Below the pieces are notes generated by a model. That model saw only the letters and a list, made by a program, of their open reading frames with translations, ran no database searches and was not told where the DNA came from. A stretch of 64,000 bases of DNA from assembly GCF_018350175.1 (NCBI RefSeq), contig NC_058368.1, positions 139,502,001 to 139,566,000 of the forward strand, written 5' to 3'. The translations under genes and the position numbers were made by a program. Origin of the DNA: Felis catus (taxonomy: Eukaryota). Shown piece by piece: positions 50,900 through 64,000 of the stretch (position 1 is the first letter of the stretch; every line of letters starts with the position of its first letter).

Positions 50900-53800
50900 A
50901 ATAGAGAGCTCTTTGTTCTTTCTTTTTTCTTTTGCACTCACATAGTATTCTTTTGTGCGGATGTAACATATGGCCATATATATGGGTCATTGCCAACAAG
51001 TTTCTATTTCAAAAAATTATGCAATGCATAACCTTATACACACATCATTTCATACGCAGGTATAACCTCAGTAGATAACCAGAGCTGTAACTTCTGGGTA
51101 AAAGGGTATACACATTTGTAGTTTTGACAGCTATTATCCAGCAGCTCTTCATATGAGTTACAACAATTACACCGATGTAAATTTATACTTCGCTACAGTG
51201 CCTGTGTCCCCATTGCTTTGGTATTACACGATTTTGTCGAACTTTTAGATTTTTACCAATCTAATAAACAATAAACGATAGTATCTCAGTGTCATTTTAA
51301 AAATCCTCTTTTCGGTAAAGACAAGTGAACAGATCACAGGTGTAGAGAGTTTCACAAAAGAACATCTGCAGAACCAATTTAAGAAACCGAACTCCTCCTC
51401 CCATCCACATATAATCACTGCATTGACTTCTAACAGCACAGATTTGTTTTGCCTTTTTCAAAACTTTATGTAAATTGAGTCACATAGTATTTACTATTTT
51501 GTGTTGGCTTTTTTTGCTTAAAATGATGTTTGTGAAATTTCTCCATATTGTTGCATGTAATTTCAGCTCATTTGTCCTCATTGCTATATATGCAGTATTT
51601 CATTGTGGAAATATATCACAAATTGATTGTCTATCCTACTGTTTATGGAAATTAGGTGGTTTCCAATTTAGAGCTATTAAAAATGTTCTCATACTTTTAT
51701 TTGTTGAATGGAGATCCACACTTCGGCTGGGTATATATCTAGGGTTGTGTTTGCTTGGTCATAGAATATATATACATTGAGTTTTGGTAGATACTGCCAA
51801 AGAGTTTTTCAAAATGGTTGGATCTGGCACAAAAACAGACACATAGACCAATGGAATAGAATAGAAACCCCAGAACTAGACCCACAAACGTATGGCCAAC
51901 TCATCTTTGACAAAGCAGGAAAGAACATCCAATGGAAAAAAGACAGCCTCTTTAACAAATGGTGCTGGGAGAACTGGACAGCATCATGCAGAAGGTTGAA
52001 ACTAGACCACTTTCTCACACCATTCACAAAAATAAACTCAAAATGGATAAAGGACCTAAATGTGAGACAGGAAACCATCAAAACCTTAGAGGAGAAAGCA
52101 GGAAAAGACCTCTCTGACCTCAACCGTAGCAATCTCTTACTCGACACATCCCCAAAGGCAAGGGAATTAAAAGCAAAAGTGAATTACTGGGACCTTATGA
52201 AGATAAAAAGCTTCTGCACAGCAAAGGAAACAACCAACAAAACTAAAAGGCAACCAACGGAATGGGAAAAGATATTCGCAAATGACATATCGCACAAAGG
52301 GCTAGTATCCAAAATCTATAAAGAGCTCACCAAACTCCACACCCGAAAAACAAATAACCCAGTGAAGAAATGGGCAGAAAACATGAATAGACACTTCTCT
52401 AAAGAAGACATCCGGATGGCCAACAGGCACATGAAAAGATGTTCAGCGTCGCTCCTTATCAGGGAAATACAAATCAAAACCACACTCAGGTATCACCTCA
52501 CGCCAGTCAGAGTGGCCAAAATGAACAAATCAGGAGACTCTAGATGCTGGAGAGGATGTGGAGAAACGGGAACCCTCTTGCACTGGTGGTGGGAATGCAA
52601 ATTGGTGCAGCCTCTCTGGAAGCAGTGTGGAGGTTCCTCAAAAAATTAAAAACAGACCTACCCTATGACCCAGCAATAGCACTGCTAGGAATTTATCCAA
52701 GGGATACAGGAGTACTGATGCATAGGGCCACTTGTACCCCAATGTTCATAGCAGCACTGTCAACAATAGCCAAATTATGGAAAGAGCCTAAATGTCCATC
52801 AACTGATGAATGGATAAAGAAATTGTGGTTTATATATACAATGGAGTACTACGTGGCAATGAGAAAAAATGAAATATGGCCTTTTGTAGCAATGTGGATG
52901 GAACTGGAGAGTGTGATGCTAAGTGAAATAAGCCATACAGAGAAAGACAGATACCATATGGTTTCACTCTTATGTGGATCCTGAGAAACTTAACAGGAAC
53001 CCATGGGGGAGGGGAAGGAAAAAAAAAAAAAGAGGTTAGAGTGGGAGAAAGCCGAAGCATAAGAGACTGTTAAAAACTGAGAACAAACTGAGGGTTGATG
53101 GGGGGTGGGAGGGAGGAGAGGGTGGGTGATGGGTATTGAGGAGGGCACCTTTTGGGATGAGCACTGGGTGTTGTATGGAAACCAATTTGTCAAAAAATTT
53201 CATATATATAAAAAAACAAAACAAACAAACAAACAAACAAACAAAAAATGGTTGGATCAATTTATGCTCCCACCAGCAGGATGTGAGAGTTCCAGTTGTT
53301 CTACTTCTTTACTAACACGTGTTAGTGTTAGTCTTTTTCTATTTTAACCATTTTTGTGAATATGTGGGTGTTTGCATTTCTCTGATAACTAATGACACTG
53401 AGTACCTTTTCTTAATGTTTATTGGCCATCACAATGTTGCTTGTCGTGAAATATCTGTTCAGTAATTTTGCCTATTTTTTCATTGTATTTTCTGTCTTTT
53501 CCTATTGACTTGCAAGAGTCCTTTATATACCTTTGATGAGAATCCTTTGCGAAATGTATTACAGTTATCTTCTACTCTGTGGATTGCCTTTTCATTCTCT
53601 CAGTGGTGTCTTTTAATGAACAGAAGTTCTTACTTTTAAAAAATATATATATATAAACATATATATATATTATATAGCTCTATATATTTATATTCTATGT
53701 GGATTGTGAAATGACCTAGAATCATTTATTGAAAAGACCAGTCTTTCTGTACTGCACCGAAGTATCAGCTCTGTCAAAAACCAGGTCACCATTTATATGT

Positions 53801-54812
53801 AAGTCTGTCTCTGAATTATATTTTATTACAGTTGTCTGTATGTCTTTCCTAGTGTGAGTATAATAATATTGTAATTACTGTAGCTTTGTAATAGATTTTA
53901 TCTATTATAAATATGCCTAGGTATGTAACTACTACAAATTTGTTCTTCATGATTACCTCATATATTTTCATATAAATTAAAAAAATTTTTTTAACGTTTA
54001 TTCATTTTTAAGAGACAGAGAGAGACCAAGGGTGAGCAGGGGAGGGACAGAGAGAGAGCGAGACACAGAATCCAAAGCAGGCTCCAGGCTCTGAGCTGTC
54101 AGCACAGAGCCCGGCACCCGACATGGGTTTGAACTCACAGATGGTGAGATCATGTCTTGAGCCGAAGTTGGCCACTTAACTGACTGAGCCACCCAGGCGC
54201 CCCATTTTCATATAAATTTTAGAGTGAGCTTGTCAATTTCCACAAAAAAATGTGACTTTTTTAAAAAAAAGATGAGAATTGTGCTGAACTCATGAGTACA
54301 AATAGAGTTGATATCTTTAAAATATTTATTTATAATCTGTGAACATGATATAACCCCCATTTATCTAGGTTTTCTTTAACTCAATAATGTTTTATAGTTT
54401 CATCTAGAGCTTTTGTATATCTTTTACTAGATTTATTGGTGGTTATTTTATGGGTTTGATGCTATTATAAAAAATACTGTTTTTTTTTTTAATGTTCATT
54501 TATTTTTGAGACAGAAAAAGAACATGAGCAGTGGAGGGGCAGAGAGAGAGGGAGACACAAAGTCCAAAGCAGGCTCCAGGCTCTGAACTGTCAGCACAGA
54601 GACTGATGCAGGGGTCGAACCCACAAACCGTAAGTTCATGATCTGAGCCGAAGTCAGATACTTAAACCGACTGAGACACCCAGGCACTCCAACAATGTGT
54701 TTTTAAGTCCAATTTTTATTTATTTGAAGCTTGAACATAAAAATATAATTGATTTTTAGAGTATTATCCTTGTGTCAGTGATCTTGATTAATTTATATAT
54801 TAATTCTAATAG
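50900..54812 (-). mobile_element. Old antisense L1M fragments hosting the young L1 and two antisense SINEs (~53975-54203, ~54478-54690)
   Basis: Degenerate antisense L1 text continues across the young L1 TSD; SINE TSD attttcatataaatt. Confidence 0.65.
51825..53244 (+). mobile_element. Young 5'-truncated felid L1 (ORF2 C-terminal region plus 3' UTR), ~1.4 kb
   Basis: Near-intact ORF2 peptide ([14 protein letters not shown]...CWRGCGE...H.WWEC; LPYDPAIALLGIYP...) with one frameshift near 52620; (CAAA)n tail; 14-bp TSD aaaatggttggatc (51811-51824 / 53245-53258). Confidence 0.95.
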
Positions 54813-56919
54813 TTTGTCCATTCATCAGTCAATGGACATTTGTGCTCTTTCCATAGTTTGGCTATTGCTGATAGTGCTGCTATAAACATCAGGGTGCTTG
54901 TGCCCCTTCGAATCAGCATTTTTGCATCCTTTGGGTAAATACCTAGTAGTGCAATTACTGGATCATAGGGTAGTTCTACTTTTAACTTTTTGAAGAACTT
55001 TTGTACTGTTTTCCAGAGTGGCTGCACCAGTTTGCATTCCCACCAATCATGTGAGATGGTTCCCCTTACAACACATCCTTGCCAACATCTGTTGTTTCTG
55101 AGCTGTTAATTTCAGCTATTTTGACAGATGTGAGGTGGTATCTCATTGTGGTTTTGATTTGTATTTCTCTAATGATGAGTGATGTTGAGCATTTTTTATG
55201 TGTCTGTTGGTCGTCTGGATGTCCCTTGGAAAAAAATGTCTATTCGTTTCTTCTGCCCATTTCTTCACTGGATTATTTATTTATTTATTTTGGTGGGGGG
55301 TGTTGAGTCTGATAAGTTCCTTATAGATTTTGGATACTAACCCATTATCACATACGTTATTTGCAAATATCTTCTTACCTTCCGTAGCCTGTTTTTAGTT
55401 TTCTTGATTGTTTCCTTTGCTGTCCACAAGAGTTTTATCTTGATGAGGTCACAATAGTTCATTTTGCTTTTGTTTCCCTTGGCTCCAGAGATGTGTCTAG
55501 TTAAGAAGTTGCTATGGTTGAGGTCAAAGAGGTTGCCGACTACGTTCTTCTTTAGGATTTTGATGGTTTCCTGTCTCACATTTAGGTTTTTCATCCATTT
55601 TGAATTTATATTTGTGTATAGTGTAAGAAAGTGGTCCAGTTTCATTCTTTTGCAGGTTGCTGTCTAGTTTTTGCAATAGCATTTATGTTGAAGAGACTGG
55701 GTTTTTTTTTTTCCATTGGATATTCTTTCCTGCTTTATTGAAGATTATCGCCTATAGAACCGTATAGTTGTAGGTCCATTTCTGGGTTTCTATTCTGTTC
55801 CATTGAACTATGTATCTATTTTTGTGCCAGTACCATACTGTCTTGATGATTACAGCTTTGTAATGGAACAAAGCTTGAAATCTGAAATCGTGATGCCTCC
55901 AGCTTTGTTTTTCTTTTTCAAAATTGCTTTGGCTATTCAGGGTCTTCTGTGGTTCCATACAAATTTTAGGATTGTTTGTTCTAGCTCTGTGAAAAATGCT
56001 TGTGGTATTTTGATAGGGATTGCATTAATGTGTAGATTGCTTTGGGTAGTATGGACATTTTAACAATGTTTGTTTTTCCAACCCATAAGCATGGAATATT
56101 TTTCCATTTCTTTCTATCCTCTTCAATTTCTTTCATAAGTGTTCTATAGTTTTCAGAGTATAGATCTTTTACCTCTTTGGTTAGATTTATTCCTAGGTAG
56201 CTTATGTTTTTTGGTGCAATCGTAAATGGGATCGATTCTATGATTTCTCTTTCTGCTTCTTCATTATTGGTCTATAGAAATGCAACGCATTTCTGTACAT
56301 TGATTTTATGTCCTGCGACTTTGCTGAATTCGTGTATTAGTTCTAGCAATTATTTTGGTGGAGTCTTTGAGGTTTTGACTTCCTCCTTGACGATTTGGAT
56401 GCCTCTCATTTCTTATTGTGTCTGATTGTTGAAACTAGGACTTCCAATACTATGTTAAATAACAATGGTATAGTGTATACATACAATGGAATATTACTCA
56501 GCCATCAGAAAGAATGAAATCTTGTCATTTGCAATGACGAGGATGAAACTAGAGTGTATTATGCTAAGTGAAATAATTAAGTCAGGGAAAGACAGATATA
56601 TGTTTTCACTCATATGTTGAAATTGAGAAACTTAAGAGAAGACCTGGGGGAAGGGAAAGAAAAAAATAGTTACAGAGAGGGAGGGAAACCATAAGAGACT
56701 TTTAAATACAGAGAACAAACTGAAGGTGGAAGGGAGTGGGGGAGTGGGGGGTGGGGGCCAGGGAAATGGATGATGGGCCTTGAGGGGGGCACTTGTCAGG
56801 GTGCGCACTGTCTGTTGTATGTAAGTGATGAATCACAGGAATCTACTCCCGAAGCCAAGAGCATACTGTATGCACTCTATGTTAGCTAACTTGACAATAA
56901 ATTATATATTTAAAAAAAA
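54813..56919. mobile_element. Carnivore L1 with 5' inversion (antisense ~54813-56469, sense 3' end ~56466-56919)
   Basis: Minus-strand ORF2 peptides ([10 protein letters not shown]..., KLDHFLT..., [16 protein letters not shown]), then a plus-strand 3' end with A tail. Confidence 0.9.
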
Positions 56920-57898
56920 TTTTTTTTAGGGTTTCTCAGCCAGTTTAGTGTCTGACTTCAGCTCACAGTTTGTGAGTTTGAGCCCTGCATTGGGCTCACT
57001 GCTGTCAGCCCAGAGTCCACTTAGGATCCTCTGTCCCCCTCTCTCTGCCCTCCCTGTTCAGAGTCTCTCTCTCTCTCTCAAAAATAAATAAATAAATAAA
57101 ATTCAAAAACATTTAAAAAGAACATAGTAGCATTCACTACCTAGCTCCCATTCATTTTAGGATTTAATACTGCAGTCTTAAGGGCAGAAAGGTAGGAAAT
57201 GATTAACTATCTTTAGATAGACTCTACCAATTGTCAGAGGTTTCAAACCTCATGTGCATAGGAATTTCTGTCAAATCTATAAAAACAAAACATGTACACT
57301 ATATCCTATGAAATATAAAGAGATTTCAAGAATATTTTTAACTCTGAAATTTTCCCTCCCCATACTGTTTTTAAAAAAAAAGTCCCAACATCCTATTGGA
57401 ATTCCATTTTTACACTGATTTTAGAACCTAACCCCCACAGATAATATGACTCCTCTGTCTGGCAAAGATGAGATTTTAGATACTGGAAACAGAGTAATTG
57501 CATCTGTGTGTAAAAGCTCCATGAACTTCTATTTAACTACCCATCGGCTCTCTTGTCCTTTCTTTGAAATATTTACTGCAAGAAATGTTTGTTGATTTCA
57601 TATGACTATACAAGTTCCTGCTTAACAGTGTTTATTAGAGTCAGAGCTTCACTGTTAGAATCATCAACAACTACACCAGACCTACTCAGAGTCCAAGGAT
57701 AACCAGAATAAGAAAATAAGACACCTTTAGAATGTGATTGCTGAATGGAATACTATTGCCTAACCATGAGAAGGGAATTATAATAATTTCAGGCCATCTT
57801 CTAAAATAGCTTAGGGAAACAATCAAAAGAGGCCCAATGGGAAGGTAAAGGAATGAAAATACCAGAAAGACCGGCATGGGAACCCATAATGCAGTCCT

Positions 57899-58376
57899 TC
57901 TAGAGGACATGTTACTCCTTGCCGAATCTCCTTCCTGCCACGTACCACCTTCGACTGCAAGTTTGGGAGACAATTCCTGGCAGGCTAAAAGCTTCTCTCT
58001 TCAAGAGCTCACTGTCAAGTCTTTCAACTTTTCTGCCTCAAGGTTTTTCCAAAGCTTCAGTACATCACTCCTGTACACATACAGCTGGAAGTATGCTCCA
58101 GAGGGCATTTCTAAACCAAAGAAGGACTGGAGTTGGTGAATGAATGGTCCCACTGCATCCCACTATCCTTCAGAAGTGCATTTTACAGGGCTCTTCAGAG
58201 GTTCCCCAGCAGGGTTGAGCCCTACTTGTCCACAACGGCAACTAGCTGGATATTGGCTTTTCCTTCTTTCTCACTATACTGTGCATTTTTGTTCTGAATT
58301 TCTGGGATCATCCCCAAATAAGCTGTTTCACCTCAGTTTTTGACTCAGTCTTTGCCTTTAGGAACCCAAAGCAAGA
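57899..58376 (+). mobile_element. LTR16-like ERVL LTR
   Basis: cagaggttccccagcagggttgagcc...tctgggatcatccccaaataa...ggaacccaaagcaaga matches the recalled LTR16 3' half. Confidence 0.65.
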
Positions 58377-60649
58377 AAGTCCTACTACTTTTCTCTGGTA
58401 AAAAAAAGGAACAGGATCAACGAAGAGGCAGGTTGAAGTTTCAGACTCCACTGGGCCTGCTTGAGAAAGCAGATCAGGAGGAAGTGGAAAAGTGGGAAGG
58501 AGCACTTCACTTCACCTAAGGCCTGCTGGAATCAGGAGGCCTTCTTTCTCCGTACCACAACATTCTTCTCTCTTTTTCTTTTTGTTGGAGCGAGAAGGTC
58601 GCCTAAAGACAGAGACCAGTTGAACAGCTTCATTATCACTTTATTCCCCATGAAACACAATGTCATGCAATGGCCAGGTGTGGCCACCAGTGCTTTGAAC
58701 TCTTTAATACAATTGGGATTATCTGGTGGCCCAAGCAGTACTAGATTCCAAAAGAAAGATGTTTCCCTTGCAGAGGAATGAGATAGAGACATAGGGCTTT
58801 GTCCACCATTGGAAGCCAAGCACCGGTAGAGTTTCCAGAAAAACTCTCTCCATAAAGGGCCAGGAAAGGAAAAAGATTGTCCTGACTGCCTTCATTACCA
58901 TCCTGAGGGCAAAATTATTAACCCATAGTGACATCAATTATAATTTTCTTTCAATAACTTTTATTGGTGTTCATGGGTCAGATTTCTTCCTAGAGTTATT
59001 TATAGTGACATATATTTCAAAAGAACAAGAAAGTAGTAGTTCTAAAAGAGGCACTGAAGAGAATATTTGCAGGTGTATTACGTTTTCCCTTGGGGAAGAT
59101 GAGTGGCCTATTTTTCTGAAAGAAGCACAGAGGCCTTGGCAGTGTCTGTCTTGAGAATGGTGGGCAGTAGTAATCCTATTCACTTTCCATGAGAAGGAAA
59201 AAATTAGCTTTCAACATGTCAGACCCAGCTAGAGAGATTTTACCAAGAATGTCTCATAACATGCTGTCACTGAAGTAGCACAAATTACCCAAAGCCTAGA
59301 AAGTGCAAAATGGGAAGAAAAAAGTAAGATTTTAGGTATGAGCCAAGACTGCAAGATTTATCAGTGTTCACTGGACCTCGAAGTCATGAGTTTTGGAAGC
59401 GTTACTAACTGTAGCTTTAGTTCAGTCCAGGGGAGACGTGCAGAAAGTGCTGGAAACCTTCTCAGGGAGGCAGGATTCACAGGCAGAAGAAATTTCCAAG
59501 GGGGAGACAGCTATTGTCGTACGGAGTTAAAATAGCATAGAGAACCTGCTAGGTATTTAAAAATGCACAGGAAAAAGCAGGGGGTCTGGATAATGAGAAA
59601 ATCAAGACAACTAACTGTTGAGACAAATGCTGTATCGCATTCATTCATTTAGGTGTCACAGGTGCTGAAGAGAGAGCAATGAATAAGACCATTGAGACCC
59701 TTTATTCTTTTTTTTCTTTTTGTTTAGTTATTTTGAGAGAGAGAGACAGAGGAAGCATGCGCGCAAGAGAGCATGAGAGCACGTGTACGCGAGCAGGGGA
59801 GGGGCAGAGAGACAGAATCCCAAGCAGGCGCCGCTGTTGAGCCTGAGGGAGCACCGGCCTCATCCCCGGAACTGTGAGATCATGGCCCCAGCAGAGATCA
59901 TGAGTCCAATGCTTAACTGACTGAGCCACCTAAGTGTCCAAGGCCCTTTACTTTAAAAAGAGAGCCCACTTGGCTAGTTTACCAGATTGCTTCTTTACAC
60001 TGGACCATTTGTAGCAGTATTCCTTTCTGGTGGATTTAGCTAAAAGTCAACTCTATGTGTTAACGAGCGTTCCATCGACATTTTAAGCTCATGTTTATAA
60101 AACATCTTTGATTTTAGGTTTATGTCCTTTCCTTTGCCCCCATATTCTTGATAGTAAAAATTGTTTCCTGTTTTTGAGTTAAGTGGTCAGGAACTGTATC
60201 GGACCCTCATTGTGTGCTCACCCTGTATGGGGACAACCAGAAAGACAGAGAAGTGGGAGCCTTTCTTCAGGTTTGAGCTGGGCACATTGCTACTGAAAAT
60301 GAGGATTCTATTCCCCAACTCCTTTGTTGCTAGATAAGGCATTCTGGTCATTGAGATAAAAACTGTGAAAAGAGAGCTGACTCAGTTGGGAAGGGCTCTT
60401 TTTCGCCCTCTTGTTTTTTATTCTGCTCCTTCCAGAAGGATGAAAATGCAGATATGAAGGCTGGAGCTCTAGCTGCCTTCTTGGACTTCAAAGTGACTGT
60501 GAGGGTGGAAGACATGCTGAGGATGGTGGAGCAGACAGATAGAAGGGTCCTTGGAAGCATCCTGGGCTGCCATGCTAATCCTAGGCTACTTATCTTCAGT
60601 TTCCTTTACCCAAGAAAGAAAGGGATGCTTATTTTGTTTAAACCGATAT

Positions 60650-60863
60650 ATATATTTTTTCAACGTTTATTTATTTTTGGGACAGAGAGAGACAGAGCAT
60701 GAACGGGGGAGGGGCAGAGAGAGAGGGAGACACAGAATCCGAAGCAGGCTCCAGGCTCTGAGCCATCAGCCCAGAGCCTGACACGGGGCTCGAACTCACG
60801 GACCGCAAGATCGTGACCTGGCTGAAGTCGGACGCTTAACCGACTGCGCCACTCAGGCGCCCC
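60650..60863 (-). mobile_element. Young felid SINE (SINEC_Fc-type) inside an old MLT1-like LTR
   Basis: TSD taaaccgatat (60639-60649 / 60864-60874). Confidence 0.9.
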
Positions 60864-63800
60864 TAAACCGATATTTTTAAATAGTTGTTAAATATTTTAG
60901 TTTAAGTTCTCTGTTACTCGTAACCAAATTTATTACAGGTGTGTAGCTCTGGGCAATTTGCTCTTTGGCAATTTATGGGGTTGCTCAGAAAAGCTGAGGT
61001 GGGCCTCTTTGGGCCATTATCCTTCTTTGTTTTGTTTCTCACTTGCCTCGTGTGATCTTATCTACATCCTTGCAAGCTCTTCCTCTTTCCCCCTCACTCT
61101 TACAATCTTCTGCTGTCTCAACTGGGAGCCATACAAAGCTGGAAGGAGAAGATGGCATTGGAAAGATGAAGGTAAACAGGAGAAAGTTGTTGGGACATGA
61201 CAAGTGAATTGGATACAGCCTTTGTCATCAACAGCACACTCCACTCTTATCAACTGAGACCAGGACCAGGTTTGTTAATGAGGGAGAAAAAATAGTGCTC
61301 ATATTTCAGTTAAAATTCGTTCTTCCTTCCCTCCTTCATTTCACCTCCTTTCTTGGTCTTTCATTGACTTGTGAACCAGCCACCTTAGCCAAGAATCCCT
61401 AAGAATCTCAGGGATACACGACGCTCACTCTGACTATAGATAGGCTGTTTCTACATTGTGTGAGGATTCTTTTTTCCTGAGGAGAGTAAATTCCTTTAAA
61501 AGAAAAAAAAATTATTCCAATACAGTTCATACCTATTCCCAACAGATTCTGCAAAGCTGGGGGGGGGGGGGGCGGGGAGCCTAAGAAGAGGAATGGGGGA
61601 ACTGTGAAGAAGAAAACAAACAAAAACACAGTTAAACAGTGAAAACGGGCTCGGTGGGCAGAAGACATGTCGAATTGTGTGCACCCTTTCCTGTGGAAAT
61701 CTTTGTTCGGGACTGCAAGAGAGGCTCCTGCGGTGGGGTGCAGCTCTAGGAAGTTTTACGCATGAACAAGAAGCAGAATTTTAAGTTTTGCTGCTGAACA
61801 AAAGTAGCAAAAGAAGAGAAGTAGCTGAGACTTTTAGCCCCTGTGAGAGGTCACCTTGGGTGACAGAAACTTGGGATTTTCTGTCAACCTGCTCATGACT
61901 GCCCCACCTTTTAAATCTCTCATATTCCACAGTACTTTAATGTTTCTGCTTAAGTAGGGGCACCTGGGTGGCTCAGTCAGTTAAGTATCTGACTTCAGCT
62001 CAGGTCATGATTTTGTGGTTCAAGAGTTCGAGTCCTCCATGGGGCTCTGTGCTGACAACTTGGAGCCCGGAGCCTGCTTCGGATTCTGTGTCTCCCTCTC
62101 TCTCTGCCTCTCGCCTGCTCGTGCTCTGTCTCTCTCTCTCTCTCAAATATAAATAAACATTAAAAAAAAATCTCTGCTTAATTAAACTTTCTGCTCCTGA
62201 TCCATGCCAACCTCCATTCTTTTTCTCACTTAGCTGAAATAGCCTTTCTTCAAACCATTTCCTTCCCTTGTTCAGAATGTACTGCATCCAAACTCCATGC
62301 CCTACCTCTTTCTCACTGGACCCTCTGCATATTTCACTCAGAACACTGACTCTATTATCTGGAAAGGTTCTGTTTGTGTCTGTTTTCTTATTGAACTCTG
62401 TACCTTGGATGCCTACCCCTTTGCCTAGCATAGAGACCCTTGTGTTGAGTATTTCTTGATCTTGGACAGGAGAGATAATCAATCATATTATCTGTCAAAG
62501 TTAAGTGGCCAATTATCACTTGCAAGGTACTAGTTAAAACACTATCCCTAAAATTAAAAAAAAAAAAGAGTATGTAAGAGAGAGAAAACTGCCTGAGGTT
62601 TGAAGATATAACTTTGAAAGCAGCTGAGAACAGTGAATGGGAAATAAATAAGTAAATAAAGATGATTTTTCGTTGAGATTATGAAATATTTTTTGCAATG
62701 GAGTGTCAGAAGCTTAGGCAATCACAACATGTGCTAATACAAAGCAGTACATATTATGTTGGTGCAAAAGCTAGCACCGTGGAGTTGTTTAGAGCATCCA
62801 CTTGGGAGCCAAATTTCAAACTTCGTATTCTAACTCCACCACTTCCAAGCTGCATTAACTTAGGCCAGGTGCTTAATCTTTCTGTTTCTGTAGCTTCATG
62901 CCTCATGAAATGCAGATTCTACACACCTTTTTCATAGGACTGTTATGAGAATTAAAGGAGTTAATATCAATAAAGCACTTAGAAAAGTGTCTGGTACATA
63001 GAGTTATTTAAGTACTTATTCTTCTTCTTATTTTTGTTGTTGTTATAATTCTCTGACTTAATGCATGACCCATGACAATAAAAAGAGGGAAAAGGGAAGC
63101 TTGGAGGTCTAACACAGTTACATAGATAAATGCTAAGGGTAATATGGATTGAGATGGCAATTTGTATCAGGGCACCTGGGTGGCTCAGTCGGTTAAGTGT
63201 CTGACTCTCAATGTCAGTTTCAGGTCTTGATCTCAGGGTCTTGAGTTCAAGATCGCAATATGGGCCATCCATTACTTTAAAAGAGGCTCTTAAAATTATA
63301 CTTTAGTTTTTAATTTTTTTTTTTTTTAAGTAGGCTTCATGCCCAGCATGGAGCCCAACGTGGGGTTGAGCTCATGATCTTGAGATCAAGACCTGAGCAA
63401 AGATAGGAGTTGGACACTTAACCGACTGAGCCACCCAGGTGCCCCAAAATTATACTTTAATAAACTCCTCGCTCTGAGAGTATACCCACAAGAAAAGAAG
63501 GCACATAGATTCCCTTGACCCCATCTCCCACTTTCGCCTTCTCTCTTGTGTCCATGCCAAATTTTGTGATTTATCATTAAGTACAAATAACGAGTTAAGT
63601 GCAATAAAAGATTCTTTTGAAATACATTTTGGAACCCATATAGAAGTTGTTTTAAGTACATAAAACCAGACAATTAGCTTTTGTTTGCTTTTGAACCCAT
63701 ATATTCATTGGAATTCTCAATTAAGCAGAATTTGGGAACAAAACTTTCCAAATCTTGATCTAAAGCCTTTTGTGAAAACAGCTTCATAATCTTCCCTTGA

Positions 63801-63917
63801 TTTTATATTAGTAAGTATTTGTATTATCTGTAACTTTTAATTCTGACATATCTGACCTTTTAGGCTTCTAGGGACATTGAAAGTGTGAGTTTCTCAGCTA
63901 TCAGTACTTACAGATTT

Positions 63918-64000
63918 TCCTCCCTCCCTCCTTTCCTTCCTTCCTTTCATCCTTCTTTCCTTCCATCCTTCTTACCTTCCTTCCTTCACTCCTTCTCCTC
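63918..64000. repeat. (TTCC)n-like pyrimidine simple repeat
   Basis: Directly visible. Confidence 0.85.

Larger units (their letters stand above)
56928..63445. mobile_element. Further Can-SINEs: + at ~56928, 61957, 63169 (truncated); - at ~59702, 63310; MIR at ~62760-63010
   Basis: SINE bodies; TSD aaattatacttta for the last; MIR core ggccaggtgcttaatctttctgtttct...gactgttatgagaattaaa. Confidence 0.8.

Noticed and set aside
51777..52984. 290-aa and 146-aa ORFs as a host gene
   Set aside because: L1 ORF2 C-terminal fragment bounded by a TSD.
57686..59183. Cluster of 65-106 aa ORFs on both strands
   Set aside because: Partly an LTR16-like element. The rest has no recognisable protein similarity or consistent splice structure.
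565..63673. Many short ORFs of MAQSVK.../...SLSLSL/ERERER type, and tRNA-like heads
   Set aside because: Translations of Can-SINEs. The tRNA-like sequence is the SINE head, not a tRNA gene.
1..64000. CRISPR arrays, operons, rRNA, numts or a novel multi-gene system
   Set aside because: Eukaryotic repeat-rich locus. No regularly spaced repeat-spacer array, rRNA or mitochondrial sequence was recognised.

Overview
Mammalian genomic DNA, almost certainly a felid: it is dense in tRNA-derived Can-SINEs, including the young SINEC_Fc-type subfamily, and carries a young cat-type L1. The only protein-coding gene I can support is the 5' end of ANKRD31 (meiotic DSB/REC114-interacting scaffold) on the minus strand. 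Its CpG-island promoter lies at ~19.6-20.4 kb, and coding exons 1-3 at 19724-19827, 5406-5479 and 884-990 splice in frame; the gene continues off the left end. The remaining ~44 kb is upstream intergenic DNA (by recalled human synteny, towards HMGCR) made of ~45 SINEs window-wide, L1/L2/MIR remnants, DNA-transposon fossils and several LTRs. Almost all ORFs in the supplied track are repeat-derived or spurious. I found no convincing novel multi-gene system. The most interesting sequence-level signals are: a candidate 6-nt in-frame microexon in intron 1; a ~63-bp locally templated duplication carrying a T-box (MGA-type) motif upstream of the promoter; two intact solo ERV LTRs pointing at ANKRD31; two twin-primed (5'-inverted) L1s; and a strong antisense SINE bias inside the gene. 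Repeat family names are from recalled consensus sequences, not from a search.
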